Below are positions 37,841 to 47,099 of a stretch of DNA of 64,000 nt, one piece after another. This stretch comes from Gammaproteobacteria bacterium (GTDB lineage: Bacteria; Pseudomonadota; Gammaproteobacteria; Pseudomonadales; Azotimanducaceae). Every line of letters begins with the position of its first letter. The stretch's first letter is position 1. A program made the translations under genes and the position numbers. A model generated the notes under the pieces. It did not search any database. It saw nothing but the letters and a program-made list of their open reading frames with translations, and was not told where the DNA came from. The DNA lies in the NCBI GenBank assembly GCA_005799745.1, contig SYFY01000120.1, positions 24,126 through 88,125 of the forward strand, written 5' to 3'.

Positions 37841-38806
37841 CTATTTTCGTTTTTTGGGATGTGTTTCGAAGAACTCAGTCACCCGCAGTGTTCCGTTGAA
37901 GTCCGCCTTCTCAACATCAACCCATTTGTGTCCAAAGCCCTTCAGCGCAATTCCCAGCACATCCGCCTTACAGCCTGTGAAACTCGTAATCTGCAGGTCA
38001 CGACCGAGATCACTGCGTGACTGCCGCACATCTGAAGCTGCGCACCCATTCGCATCAGACCAGTGTTCGAGCGCTTGGGCATAAAACAACGACTTTGCAC
38101 TGTCGTTATCAGCCACGGTCATCGTGCCACCGCTGAAGGGAATCGTTTTGTCCTCAGTACCATGCAGGAGGAGTACAGGGATCGCGGCCTTTACGGGATA
38201 GGCACGCTTCACACCACCCGCTGTTTCGAAGTAACCGGGTACCGCGCCCATGGACGCGACCGATGCAAATACGTCAGCCCGTGCAGCTGCAATCCGTTGG
38301 GTGAGCATGCCACCGTTGGAGAAGCCCACGATGTGAATTCGATCAGGATCGATCTTCATCACACCGGTCAAGCGGATGGCCACATCCGTAATGAAGGCGA
38401 CATCATCAATCTCGGGGTTCATCTCGCCGCAGCAAAAACCGGCGTTCCAGAATGACTGACCGATCTTGTGGTCAGGATGGTGTTGGCCGTTGGGAAAGAC
38501 CACCACAAATCCGCGTTCATCGGCCAACTTCCGCAGATCTGCCCGGGTCTTGTACATGTTGCGCATTCCGCCGTGGGCACCATGCAAGGCGAAAACCAGC
38601 GCCGGTGCAACCGCGCGCCTGGCTGGTGTGTAAACCGTAAACCAACGCCTCACTTTGTCGCGTGTTGTATAAATCGATTGCAGATGTGGGCCGGGCTTCG
38701 CGAGTTCGGACTGTGCTGCCGCAAGATCGTCGGGTGGATCGATGGACTTGGGGCGCGCAGCTGTAATGGTGGGACTCGACATCACCAGCAAGAGTGGACC
38801 CCGCAT
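37841..38806 (-). CDS. PHB-depolymerase-family esterase (LpqC-like)
   Basis: LVFALHGAHGG, nucleophile elbow VGFSNGGML, LLLHGTED. Confidence 0.7.
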   Translation of the reverse strand: MRGPLLLVMSSPTITAARPKSIDPPDDLAAAQSELAKPGPHLQSIYTTRDKVRRWFTVYTPARRAVAPALVFALHGAHGGMRNMYKTRADLRKLADERGFVVVFPNGQHHPDHKIGQSFWNAGFCCGEMNPEIDDVAFITDVAIRLTGVMKIDPDRIHIVGFSNGGMLTQRIAAARADVFASVASMGAVPGYFETAGGVKRAYPVKAAIPVLLLHGTEDKTIPFSGGTMTVADNDSAKSLFYAQALEHWSDANGCAASDVRQSRSDLGRDLQITSFTGCKADVLGIALKGFGHKWVDVEKADFNGTLRVTEFFETHPKKRK

Positions 38807-38842
38807 GCTGTCTCTCCCCTTTCGCTACCCTTCCTATGAGAG

Positions 38843-38919
38843 TGGCGCGCCCAAAGGGACTCGAACCCCTAACCCCCAGGTTCGAAGCCTGGTGCTCTAT
38901 CCAATTGAGCTATGGACGC
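38843..38919 (-). tRNA. tRNA-Arg (anticodon TCG), CCA encoded
   Basis: The reverse strand reads GCGTCCA TA GCTC AATTGGATA GAGC A CCAGG CTTCGAA CCTGG GGGTT AGGGG TTCGAGT CCCTT TGGGCGC G CCA. Cloverleaf folded by hand, 77 nt. Confidence 0.9.
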
Positions 38920-38974
38920 GTGGGGCGGCAGTCTGACGAAGTCATGGATTATCGGCAACCGCCTTTGGAAATCT

Positions 38975-39376
38975 TCAACGCGTGACGACATCCCGATACA
39001 TCGGCGCCAACATGCTGAGCAGCTCATTGCGCGCTGCAACCGGGGTATGGGTAGCTTCCATGGCTTGCATCAAATCACCGACGACGACGTTGAACATCGC
39101 CGCGTCGATGTCGAGGCCTTTGTGGGATTCCGCCATGCTGCGTCCTTCGTAGGTACACGGGCCACCGGAAAGCGCACACAACTGATCGATCATGTGACCA
39201 CGAAAGGCATCTATGTCGGTGTCTTCAAACGACTTCGCCACACGCGGGTCATCACCGAGGTTGCCAATAAACGCATCTACGATCTTCTCAAGGCCCGCTT
39301 CACCATCGAGTTCGGCATAGAGCGTCGGCGCAGATTCGCGGGACGCACAACTTGTTGTCAGGAGAAGAAGCGCCAT
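38975..39376 (-). CDS. group 1 truncated hemoglobin, probable lipoprotein
   Basis: From the internal Met of track ORF 38975..39625: MALLLLTTSC (lipobox-like), then LYAELDGEAGLEKIVDAFIGNLGDDPRVAKSF...LSGGPCTYEGRSMAESHKGLDI. Confidence 0.8.
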   Translation of the reverse strand: MALLLLTTSCASRESAPTLYAELDGEAGLEKIVDAFIGNLGDDPRVAKSFEDTDIDAFRGHMIDQLCALSGGPCTYEGRSMAESHKGLDIDAAMFNVVVGDLMQAMEATHTPVAARNELLSMLAPMYRDVVTR

Positions 39377-39397
39377 CAAGCGTGGGAACCGAGGATT

Positions 39398-39787
39398 CTG
39401 CAGATGTTGCGAGTCGTAGAAATAACTGCCATGTGGTCCACAGGAAAAATCGGCGCCATCCGGGGTCCTATCGAAAACACCACCGAGCATGTGCGTCGTT
39501 GTGTGCAAAAGATCTACAGTCACGAACTCGTGAATCTGATTTTCGAACAACCCTACTGTCGAATCGCGAATGTCACAGAAGCGGGGCTCGCGAAACGTCA
39601 GACCGCCTCTCTCTATCTGAAACAACTCGTCGATGTTGGTGTGCTTGCTGAGGCGGCAACGTCAAAGGAAAAGTTGTTTGTACATCAGAAGTTCATGCGG
39701 TTGCTGACTCGCGAAAGCAACGAGCTTCAACGTTTTTGGCAGACGCTATTGACGATCGTCACGATCACCACATCAGCACACCTGTGA
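39398..39787 (+). pseudogene. Fic-family protein C-terminal remnant (Fic motif region absent)
   Basis: The last ~129 codons of track ORF 38912..39787 read LQMLRVVEITAMWSTGKIGAIRG...KIYSHELVNLIFEQPYCRIANVTEAGLAKRQTASLYLKQLVDVGVLAE...KEKLFVHQKFMRLLT. This is the C-terminal helical/winged-helix part of long Fic proteins. Upstream of 39398 the ORF is only the antisense of the globin gene and the tRNA. Confidence 0.7.
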
Positions 39788-39921
39788 CCAGGAACTTATG
39801 TACCTAAGGCACACCGCTCGTGTGGGTATTTGATGCGACAGCTGTGAGTTATCACCCATCCAGGTCGTCACTTCAAAACCTGCCACACGAGGTGTGTCCT
39901 TGTGAGAATGAGAAGGGAATG

Positions 39922-41154
39922 TCATGCGCGCGTCACGATCGAGAATCCGGGTGGGATTTCGTGACCGATCAGCGTCTTGCCGACATCCTGATAGTGCCGC
40001 CATGAAACCGCGCCATGGCTGGCAGCCTGGTGCGCATCGCGGAGCTGTCGCTCGAGTGGGCTGTCCAGGCGGCTGCCTGTCGTGCCCGACATATTGTTGA
40101 GTTCGCTTACGATTTCCCGGCACTTCTGCGCTGCATGCGTGCTGGCAAGCTGGGCGGGCCAGAAAAACTCCCACTCCGGGGTCAAGCGTCCGCCCTTCGA
40201 AGGCAGTGGGCCTAGATGATCCTCCAACCTTTCCTGGGTCTCGATCACGGCGCTGCGTACCGCAATGTACTCAGCCATCGCCCGGCCAATCCGGTCCTGG
40301 ATGGGACCGAGATCCTTCAGCGTCGTGCTGGTACCCCACGGGACCTTTCCCTGAGCGAGTTGCATGAAGGATTCAAGGGCACCCTTGCAGACGCCGAGTG
40401 ACACCGCCGCCTTGTTGTAGATCACCTGCAGCGGATTGCGGTGAGTCGGGTTGCCCCAGATTTCGCAAGCGCCGAGCGAGTCACGGGGAAGAAGATGCTC
40501 CCGCCGGACATAACACTCGGCCATGCGCACATCGTGGCTGCCTGAGCCCCGCATGCCGGCCGTATCCCAGGTGTCGACGATCTCGAACTCGCCTTTCGGC
40601 ACCATGAAGGAAGCGTCTGCGGGCTTGCCGGTATCGGGGTCGATGGTCTGCATGCCCATAACGAAATTCCAGGTCGCGTTGTAGCAGTTGCTGGCAAACG
40701 AGCCCTGATAGTTCAGTCGCCAGCCATCACCTTCGCGTTTAGCCCAGCGCCCGGGGTTTGGCCCATTCGGCGTACCAAGGCCGGAGCAAATGACTGCCTC
40801 CCAGGTGTCGTAGATCTGATGCGCGAACGCAGGATCCATCCGACGGATGACTAGAGCGTTGATCTCCGACGAGATCTGTACGCACCAGCCGACGGAACCG
40901 TCGATGGCGGCACAGGCCTCGATGACTTCGATCTGCTGGCGGGCGTTCATGTCCTCGCCGCCTAACTCGCGTGGCAACCCATGGCGGTAGAGCCCTGCAT
41001 CTGCCAGCGCCTTGGAGCCGAAGGCAGGAAGTCGTCGCGCCCGCTGTCCTTCGTCGCCCGCCTGCTTGAGCGTGTCTTTGATCGCAGTGATCCGCTCCAG
41101 GATAGGTGTCTTTTCGATTGCATCGCGGTGATCGAGGATGGCTTTCTGGACCAT
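39922..41154 (-). CDS. acyl-CoA-dehydrogenase-fold flavin-dependent monooxygenase/dehydrogenase
   Basis: ACAD-like layout: GGEDMNARQQIEVIEACAAIDGSVGW, WDTAGMRGSGSHDV, C-terminal LRDAHQAASH. Confidence 0.75.
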   Translation of the reverse strand: MVQKAILDHRDAIEKTPILERITAIKDTLKQAGDEGQRARRLPAFGSKALADAGLYRHGLPRELGGEDMNARQQIEVIEACAAIDGSVGWCVQISSEINALVIRRMDPAFAHQIYDTWEAVICSGLGTPNGPNPGRWAKREGDGWRLNYQGSFASNCYNATWNFVMGMQTIDPDTGKPADASFMVPKGEFEIVDTWDTAGMRGSGSHDVRMAECYVRREHLLPRDSLGACEIWGNPTHRNPLQVIYNKAAVSLGVCKGALESFMQLAQGKVPWGTSTTLKDLGPIQDRIGRAMAEYIAVRSAVIETQERLEDHLGPLPSKGGRLTPEWEFFWPAQLASTHAAQKCREIVSELNNMSGTTGSRLDSPLERQLRDAHQAASHGAVSWRHYQDVGKTLIGHEIPPGFSIVTRA

Positions 41155-41533
41155 GATGTTGTGCTCCCTCCCGGGGTGTAAGAACCGATGCGCCTGATCC
41201 CTTCGAATGGTTGTTGGTCACCGTTGAAGGTCGAAACAGCAATCCTCCGCTTTCTGGCTCGAGTGCGGCCATTGGAGCGCGGCGTGCTTCAGGTGGCGAA
41301 ACCGCCCCTAAGGCAATCAGACGGCGTTTATAAACAGGAATGTAGTGTGAGTCAGGAACGGTGTCGATCAGTGTTGGTGTATTGGTGGGGCGCTGGACCG
41401 GCAGGCAAGATGGGCCCGGCACTGAACGTCATCGACATCCATACCGACACCCACTACAGTCGGGAGAAGCTACTTTTTTAGTGCGCCGCCGTGTTGTGAC
41501 CGACGCGCCCAATGATTGGGAAAAGGAACAACC

Positions 41534-42076
41534 ATGAACACCAACGATCTTTCCGCACGTGTCACTTTCCTCGAAGGCGAGGTCGCCCGGCTGCGGGCAC
41601 GCGAGGCCATCGTCGCCACGTTCAACCAATACCTGTACTCGCTCGACACCGGCTTCGGTGATGCGATCCTTGACGTCTATGCGGAGGACTGCGTGCTGGA
41701 CGTGCTCAACTTTCCACCCAACAGCATTGACATGCACTTCGAGGGGCGCGCCGCTATTGCGCCACTCTACGAACCCTATGGCGCGCGCGAGAAGCTGATC
41801 GCCGGGGGTCACACCTCTTCGAACGTCGCTATCGCCGTGAGCGACGATGCCAGCTCCGCCGCGCTTACGGCGTACTTCACCACTACCAGCAACCGTGGTG
41901 CTCAGGGTGGCCGCTATGAGGGTACGCTTCGCCGCGATATCGACGGCAAGTGGCGGTTTACGACGCTCGCGATCATCAGCGCCTGGGGGTTCCACCCCGC
42001 CGATGTGAAGGCGGTCAGCGATGCCGTACCTATCAAACGATCGGCGTTCGGTGGCAAGCCCGCGACCGGCATTTGA
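41534..42076 (+). CDS. SnoaL-like / NTF2-fold protein
   Basis: REAIVATFNQYLYSLDTG...YAEDCVLDV...GRYEGTLRRDIDGKWRFTTLAI. The ATG at 41534 follows AAAGGAA. The track start at 41516 is an upstream TTG. Confidence 0.65.
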   Translation: MNTNDLSARVTFLEGEVARLRAREAIVATFNQYLYSLDTGFGDAILDVYAEDCVLDVLNFPPNSIDMHFEGRAAIAPLYEPYGAREKLIAGGHTSSNVAIAVSDDASSAALTAYFTTTSNRGAQGGRYEGTLRRDIDGKWRFTTLAIISAWGFHPADVKAVSDAVPIKRSAFGGKPATGI

Positions 42077-42178
42077 TCGACGGCCTACTCAGCTCGGATC
42101 TCCGCCCAAACGCTCGCCCGCTGCATGGCTTTGGGATCATTGAGGTAACACTCGGCATTCCGCCCGTTCTCAGCAAGC

Positions 42179-42206
42179 AAAAAAAAGCGGATGCCGAAGC
42201 ATCCGC
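42179..42206 (-). terminator. Rho-independent terminator after the second TonB-dependent receptor
   Basis: aaaaaaaa GCGGATGC cgaa GCATCCGC. On the minus strand the hairpin is followed by eight T. Confidence 0.75.
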
Positions 42207-42231
42207 TCTTGCTCGCCCCTGGGGCCTCTTG

Positions 42232-44880
42232 TTAGTCGAGGTTCAGTCCCAGTTCTACTCCCCACTGCAGCGGGGCTCCGTAAATGCTGAAATTCCACAG
42301 GGCGCCAACAGAGTTAGCTGCCACGCGGTACTCTTCATTCAGGAGGTTTTTACCCCACAACGTCACGTAGTACTTTTCGCTTTCGCTGGTGTAGGTGATG
42401 TTGGCGTCTAACAGAGTACGCTCCTCCATCTGAGTGTAGGTTGGATGCCGCGCGGTCCTGCCAGGGAACTTGGGGTTGAGACCCGTTGCCGCGTTTGGAT
42501 CAAACGGACTCGTTTCAGCCTCGGACATGTAGTGCAAGCCGGCCGTATAGGTAAGCACCGCACCGTTGCCAAGGGGTTGGTCGAAAATCGCCTGCAGGCC
42601 GATCTGCAACTCGGCAGCGAAGGGGATATCCAGTTTTTTCAGATTCAGCCCTTCGAACGAGAACTTGTCGTACTGCGCATCCAGATACCCTAATGTCCCT
42701 CGCAACTGGAAATTGCCGGTGACAAGCCAGGTGGTTTCAATTTCGACGCCTTTGGCGTTGGACTTGCCGGCGTTCAGCGTAATGGTCTCCTGTCCCGGAG
42801 TTCCAGAAATCGGATCAGTGAACCGGAACACCTGGTTGCGCTGCAGATCGTCGAAACTGGTGTAGAACACCGCCAAGTTCAGGCGCAGCTTGTTATCCAG
42901 CAAATCGCCCTTGAAGCCAACCTCATAGTTGATGTTGGTTTCCGGGTTGTAAGGCTTGCACGTGATCACCTGTAGACACGTTTCGCTGAAGCCGCCAGCG
43001 AGGAAGCCCGTGGAGATGTTGCCATACACCATGTAATTTTCGCTGGGCCGATAGTCAACGACCACGCGCCAGGTAGCCTCAGTCCACTGCTCGTTGGCAT
43101 CAATTTTGATGGCATAGGCGGAATCAGGGAGTAGCTGGCCGTGGTTGGGCGCTTCGCTGCTGCTAATGCCTGCCCGGCTAACACGGGTCGAGTTGAGATC
43201 CCGACAATTGCCTGCGGCGGTGACTGGAAGCGCTGGATTGATGGCGCGCTGGTGAATGGCCGGGGTGAACTGATTGCACGGCCCACCGGCACCCGTCAGC
43301 TTCCAGAAATCCTTGTCGTCATCGGTATAACGAATGCCTGCGGTCACACGCCACTGGTCGTTGAAATCGTAGGTCCCGTCCGCGTAAACCGCCCATGACG
43401 AGCGATCCTGCTGCATGCAACACCCGTGACCGTGGTCGGTAATTATGCTGATGTCCTGGGTAAGCAGGGCATTGCGAACAATTGGATTGGTTGCCGGTAG
43501 CCCGATGATGCCAGGCAGCAGTCCCGCAACGAATACAGGCACGTATCCGGTGCTGCCTCGGCCACCCGACTGGTCAACATCGTCCGTCACATAGACGCCG
43601 CCAACAACAAAGTTCAGCGGCCCCTCAAACTCTGTGACCAGACGCAATTCCTGTTGGAATTGTTCCCGTTCCAGATTTCGGCTGGCATCGAACAGGGACA
43701 GGAAAGCTTCCCCCGAATAGCTGCTAGGCAGAATCTCACTCTGCTCACGGTAGCCCGTGGTGGACTTCAGGTAGAACTGTTCGAAATTCAACTGCTGATG
43801 GAAGTAATAGCCATTGATATCGACCTGATGGCCGTCGCGCATGTCGATGCCGTCGCCCTGGTTGCTGATCCCGGAACTGAATGGGTTTTTGTGGCCGGCT
43901 TCATGGATGCCCGGAAAGCCAACGTCGGGAAATGTGAAGCCCTCCCCTGAAGGGGTTTCGTTGATGTTGACGGGCGAATCTGAGTCGTCACGTACGATTT
44001 CCCAGATGAAATACGCCTCGTAGCGATCATTAGGCTGCCATAGCAACTTGGATTTTGCCGCGACGACGTGTTTGCCGCCGACTCGTCCTCCATCACCCAC
44101 AGTGGGCGTGCTGGCCAACACCGGGTGCAGCATGTCCGGGGTAATGCCGGCGCGTCGCAGAGCAGGCGAGTTGGGAAACGTGGCGGTGTCCTTGTCGTTG
44201 GTGTAGTAACCCTGTTCATCGGCAAGAGAGCCCGCGAAGCGAAAGCCGAGCTGGCCCTCGATAATCGGGATATCTACGCCAACTTGCGCCTTGTAGGTGT
44301 TTGAGCCGCCGTCATAGCCGCCGGTGCTCACCTTGAGGTTGCCTCCAAACTCATCGAGATTCGGTCGTTTTGAGGTAAACGCGATGGTTCCGCCCGTGCT
44401 GTTCTTGCCGAACAGTGTGCCCTGTGGACCTCTGAAGACTTCGACCTGCTCCAGGTCATACAGCTCGACGAACGCCGTTTGCACGTGATTGAGCGCGAAT
44501 TCGTCGATCATGATCCCCGTGCTGGGATCCTGGGTGGTGAGAATGGAGATACTTCCGGTCCCGCGGATTCCACCAGCCACAGCATTGAATCCAGGCTGGA
44601 TGCTCAAGTTTACGTTCGGTGACAGATTGCTGATGGAACGGATATCGCTGCCAAAGGTTTTGTCGATCTGCTCGGCAGTAAGCGTTGAAATTGCAATGGG
44701 CGTATCTTGCTGAGCCGCTTCCCGTTTAGTACCGGTGACGATGATCTCTTCGAGACCCTCGAATCTGTTTCCTTTGGCCTCCTCCGCCTGCGCGACGCCG
44801 GACATGAGGGCAACAACTAGGGTGCCGGACGCACCCACGAGCAGAGCACCCACGGTGCTCCTGACGTTTCGTTTATGCAC
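42232..44880 (-). CDS. TonB-dependent receptor
   Basis: Signal peptide ...VVALMSGVAQA. Plug motifs EEIIVTGTKR, DTPIAIST, LEQVEVFRGPQGTLFGKNSTGG. Probable start GTG at 44880 after AGGGGAGA (the track ORF extends to 44970). Confidence 0.9.
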   Translation of the reverse strand: MHKRNVRSTVGALLVGASGTLVVALMSGVAQAEEAKGNRFEGLEEIIVTGTKREAAQQDTPIAISTLTAEQIDKTFGSDIRSISNLSPNVNLSIQPGFNAVAGGIRGTGSISILTTQDPSTGIMIDEFALNHVQTAFVELYDLEQVEVFRGPQGTLFGKNSTGGTIAFTSKRPNLDEFGGNLKVSTGGYDGGSNTYKAQVGVDIPIIEGQLGFRFAGSLADEQGYYTNDKDTATFPNSPALRRAGITPDMLHPVLASTPTVGDGGRVGGKHVVAAKSKLLWQPNDRYEAYFIWEIVRDDSDSPVNINETPSGEGFTFPDVGFPGIHEAGHKNPFSSGISNQGDGIDMRDGHQVDINGYYFHQQLNFEQFYLKSTTGYREQSEILPSSYSGEAFLSLFDASRNLEREQFQQELRLVTEFEGPLNFVVGGVYVTDDVDQSGGRGSTGYVPVFVAGLLPGIIGLPATNPIVRNALLTQDISIITDHGHGCCMQQDRSSWAVYADGTYDFNDQWRVTAGIRYTDDDKDFWKLTGAGGPCNQFTPAIHQRAINPALPVTAAGNCRDLNSTRVSRAGISSSEAPNHGQLLPDSAYAIKIDANEQWTEATWRVVVDYRPSENYMVYGNISTGFLAGGFSETCLQVITCKPYNPETNINYEVGFKGDLLDNKLRLNLAVFYTSFDDLQRNQVFRFTDPISGTPGQETITLNAGKSNAKGVEIETTWLVTGNFQLRGTLGYLDAQYDKFSFEGLNLKKLDIPFAAELQIGLQAIFDQPLGNGAVLTYTAGLHYMSEAETSPFDPNAATGLNPKFPGRTARHPTYTQMEERTLLDANITYTSESEKYYVTLWGKNLLNEEYRVAANSVGALWNFSIYGAPLQWGVELGLNLD

Positions 44881-45447
44881 TGTATCTCCCCTGATTAACA
44901 AATAATCTTGCTGTATGAAGTTGAACCTCGACGATTTCTCCAGACTCTCCGCGTAGCGATGCTCCAACAAACTCGTTTCTAGATCAATGGAGATCGACTC
45001 CCTGACGAATTCAATTCGTCGGATGATCCAACGATTGGCCGATCTTGTTACACCAACCGGTGTTGTCGGGTTCTAGACTCGGCTCCAGGACCTCAGAGCG
45101 CACGAAGGGTGGCAGATGACTTGCCGATGCCCGGGAGAATCTAGTGCAGGCGAGCATATGGGATGAAGACGTTCGCACGAAGACATACCCCATGAACCAG
45201 GCGTTGAGCCCACGACTCGGATGGTTGATAGCTCACAGCTGTTGCACCAAAGGATGCGCTGGTGTCTTAGCCCGGGAAGCCTTGAGAACACGGAGGTCCA
45301 CTTTGTGAGCTTGACGCTCAGACCGCGGGGGGTGTCCTCGTTGAGGAACCTCGTTCCGCCGAATTTCTCCCTCACGCTCACATTCATCCGTACGCATCCA
45401 TCTAGAACAGAAGCCTGGGTTTGAACCGGTACAGCAGCCGGCGTAAG

Positions 45448-46713
45448 TTATTTGATGATAGTGAGAGTGGGGGAAGTCGCTGCAGGCTGCTCCGAAAGCA
45501 CACGAAGCCACGTCAGGTTGTTGCCAAGGTCGTATCGTTTCCAGGCATCCTCGCCTAGAATTTGTTGAGCTGATCGTTCCGCTTCGAGGCCAATGGATTG
45601 GACTGCAGCGGGGCACTCTTTTGCCGTTAAGTCTTGGTTCTGATGTATCTCCGCGATTTGAGCATCTGTGGCCTTTTTCAGTTCATAGACTTCGTCGGCG
45701 ACGGTGGTAGGTAATCCCGCTTGTTGTGTGATGGCCCAGAGCTGTTGGAAGGATTGATCCTGGGCGCGCACATACTCAGCGTAGCGTTCATCTCCACGCG
45801 TTGCTCGGATCTCTTCATTCCCCTGTTTCTGAGCTTCTGAATAGTCAGATGCTGCTGCCTCGTTCGGGTTCTCCAGAACAGCAAGTTGATACTCGCGATC
45901 AAATTCAGAGCGCAATTTATAGATAGCAAGAAACTCGTCTTCACTCGGATCGAATCCCGAGAGGTTCATCCTTAAATTGAGGGCGGTTTGCGAAAAGCGC
46001 AGTTGATAGTCGAGATACTCTTCTGTCGTTAGCACCGCTTGGATTGTTTCCTCAGTTTCACGCTGAATCTTCGCCATCGCCGCTGCGGGATTAACCGTTA
46101 GCTCGTCTGCATACTTCTGGTAACTCGATTGGGCGTTCGTCATCGCCTTTTTGAGCGACGCGCGTTTGGATTCCGGCAGAAAGTCGAACATGGTCGCCAT
46201 CGGATCAAGACCACTACTTAATGCAGGTTGAGTCAGATCGATGCCGAGCTCTTGCAGCATCACCTGTTTTTCCGACTCCAGCGCAGCCATTCGTTGCATT
46301 CTTTCTTTGTCGAGAAATGGATTCTGGAATGGGTTAGTCGGTTTCCAATACTCGAACTTCTGTGTTGTTTGTACCTCTTGCATCATCTTCTTGTTATAGA
46401 GCCGGTTGATATCCCCGATGATGATGTCGCGAATAGTTTCCTCGGGACAACCAAGCGCACGCAGATTGGCGATATAGACCTGATGATCCTCGGAGGCTAC
46501 GTTTGCCCAGGACGGTGAGGAGCTGTCAGTGGCGCGGCGAATGTTTCCAGCGCTCGAATCCGATTTTTCCGTTGGCGCAAGACCAAACGCCGCTTCTGCA
46601 TGCGGCGTAACAGTTTTGGCGGTGTGTGGTGGTTGGTTGTTTGCTCTAAGAAGGAACAACGCAAACGCGACGCTCAAGACGAAGGACAAAATCAAGAACA
46701 GCTTAGTGTTCAT
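45448..46713 (-). CDS. orphan membrane-anchored protein, lower G+C than its surroundings
   Basis: The ATG at 46713 is preceded by GGAAGGAG. N-terminal TM MNTKLFLILSFVLSVAFALFLL, a Ser-rich linker, then a helical, acidic, internally repetitive body. No family recognised. Confidence 0.6.
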   Translation of the reverse strand: MNTKLFLILSFVLSVAFALFLLRANNQPPHTAKTVTPHAEAAFGLAPTEKSDSSAGNIRRATDSSSPSWANVASEDHQVYIANLRALGCPEETIRDIIIGDINRLYNKKMMQEVQTTQKFEYWKPTNPFQNPFLDKERMQRMAALESEKQVMLQELGIDLTQPALSSGLDPMATMFDFLPESKRASLKKAMTNAQSSYQKYADELTVNPAAAMAKIQRETEETIQAVLTTEEYLDYQLRFSQTALNLRMNLSGFDPSEDEFLAIYKLRSEFDREYQLAVLENPNEAAASDYSEAQKQGNEEIRATRGDERYAEYVRAQDQSFQQLWAITQQAGLPTTVADEVYELKKATDAQIAEIHQNQDLTAKECPAAVQSIGLEAERSAQQILGEDAWKRYDLGNNLTWLRVLSEQPAATSPTLTIIK

Positions 46714-46887
46714 ACAACTAGCTCCTTCCCGCATTATCCGGAGCGATCCATGATCGACGCGTGTCGCCGCTCTCAGATAGTTGTCGTTAGCTAAAGCACT
46801 GGGATCCTCGCAGTACCTTTGTATTCTGCGCGGGCTGGTGGGTCAATTCGAGTGCATCGTAGGAAGTCAGTGGGTGGGCGAACTGAA

Positions 46888-47079
46888 TCAAAACAGCGCC
46901 CGATACCCTGCCGGAACAACCCGAACAACCCGAACAAAGAGTTCAGTAATGCTGATGTCATCGCGCTCGAGTTCGCGAGCGGTGTGCTCGCCGCCAACTT
47001 CGAATTCAAATCGGAAACGCTTATCAATCCGGCGGTCGATACCCATGGACGGCACACAACTCACCGGCCTCTCCATCAC
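46888..47079 (-). pseudogene. possible C-terminal remnant of an outer-membrane beta-barrel protein
   Basis: GIDRRIDKRFRFEFEVGGEH...AGYRALF* shows alternating beta-strand-like periodicity and a terminal aromatic Phe. Only ~60 codons, abutting the FAH stop. Weak call. Confidence 0.25.
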
Positions 47080-47099
47080 TCTTCGTGATCGAAGTAATC

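Noticed and set aside
38912-39397. N-terminal 160 codons of the 291-aa + ORF 38912..39787.
   Set aside because: This part is antisense to the tRNA-Arg and the truncated-hemoglobin gene and shows no family-like sequence. Only the last ~129 codons (the Fic remnant) look genuine.
36390-39921. A mobile genetic element (integrase, att direct repeats) at the tRNA-Arg.
   Set aside because: No integrase, recombinase or transposase ORF is present. I found no direct repeat of the tRNA 3' end in the flanks by eye; a GGGCGCG match at about 36450 is in the wrong orientation.
44881-45447. Cobalamin or TPP riboswitch in the leader of the second TonB-dependent receptor.
   Set aside because: There is no B12-box-like string, no AGGGAA...GGTG...CCCGCAACTGT core, and no intact CTGAGA...ACCTGATC...GGGA arrangement. 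The partial resemblances (CTGAGG, AACCCGAC) do not fold into the required helices by hand.
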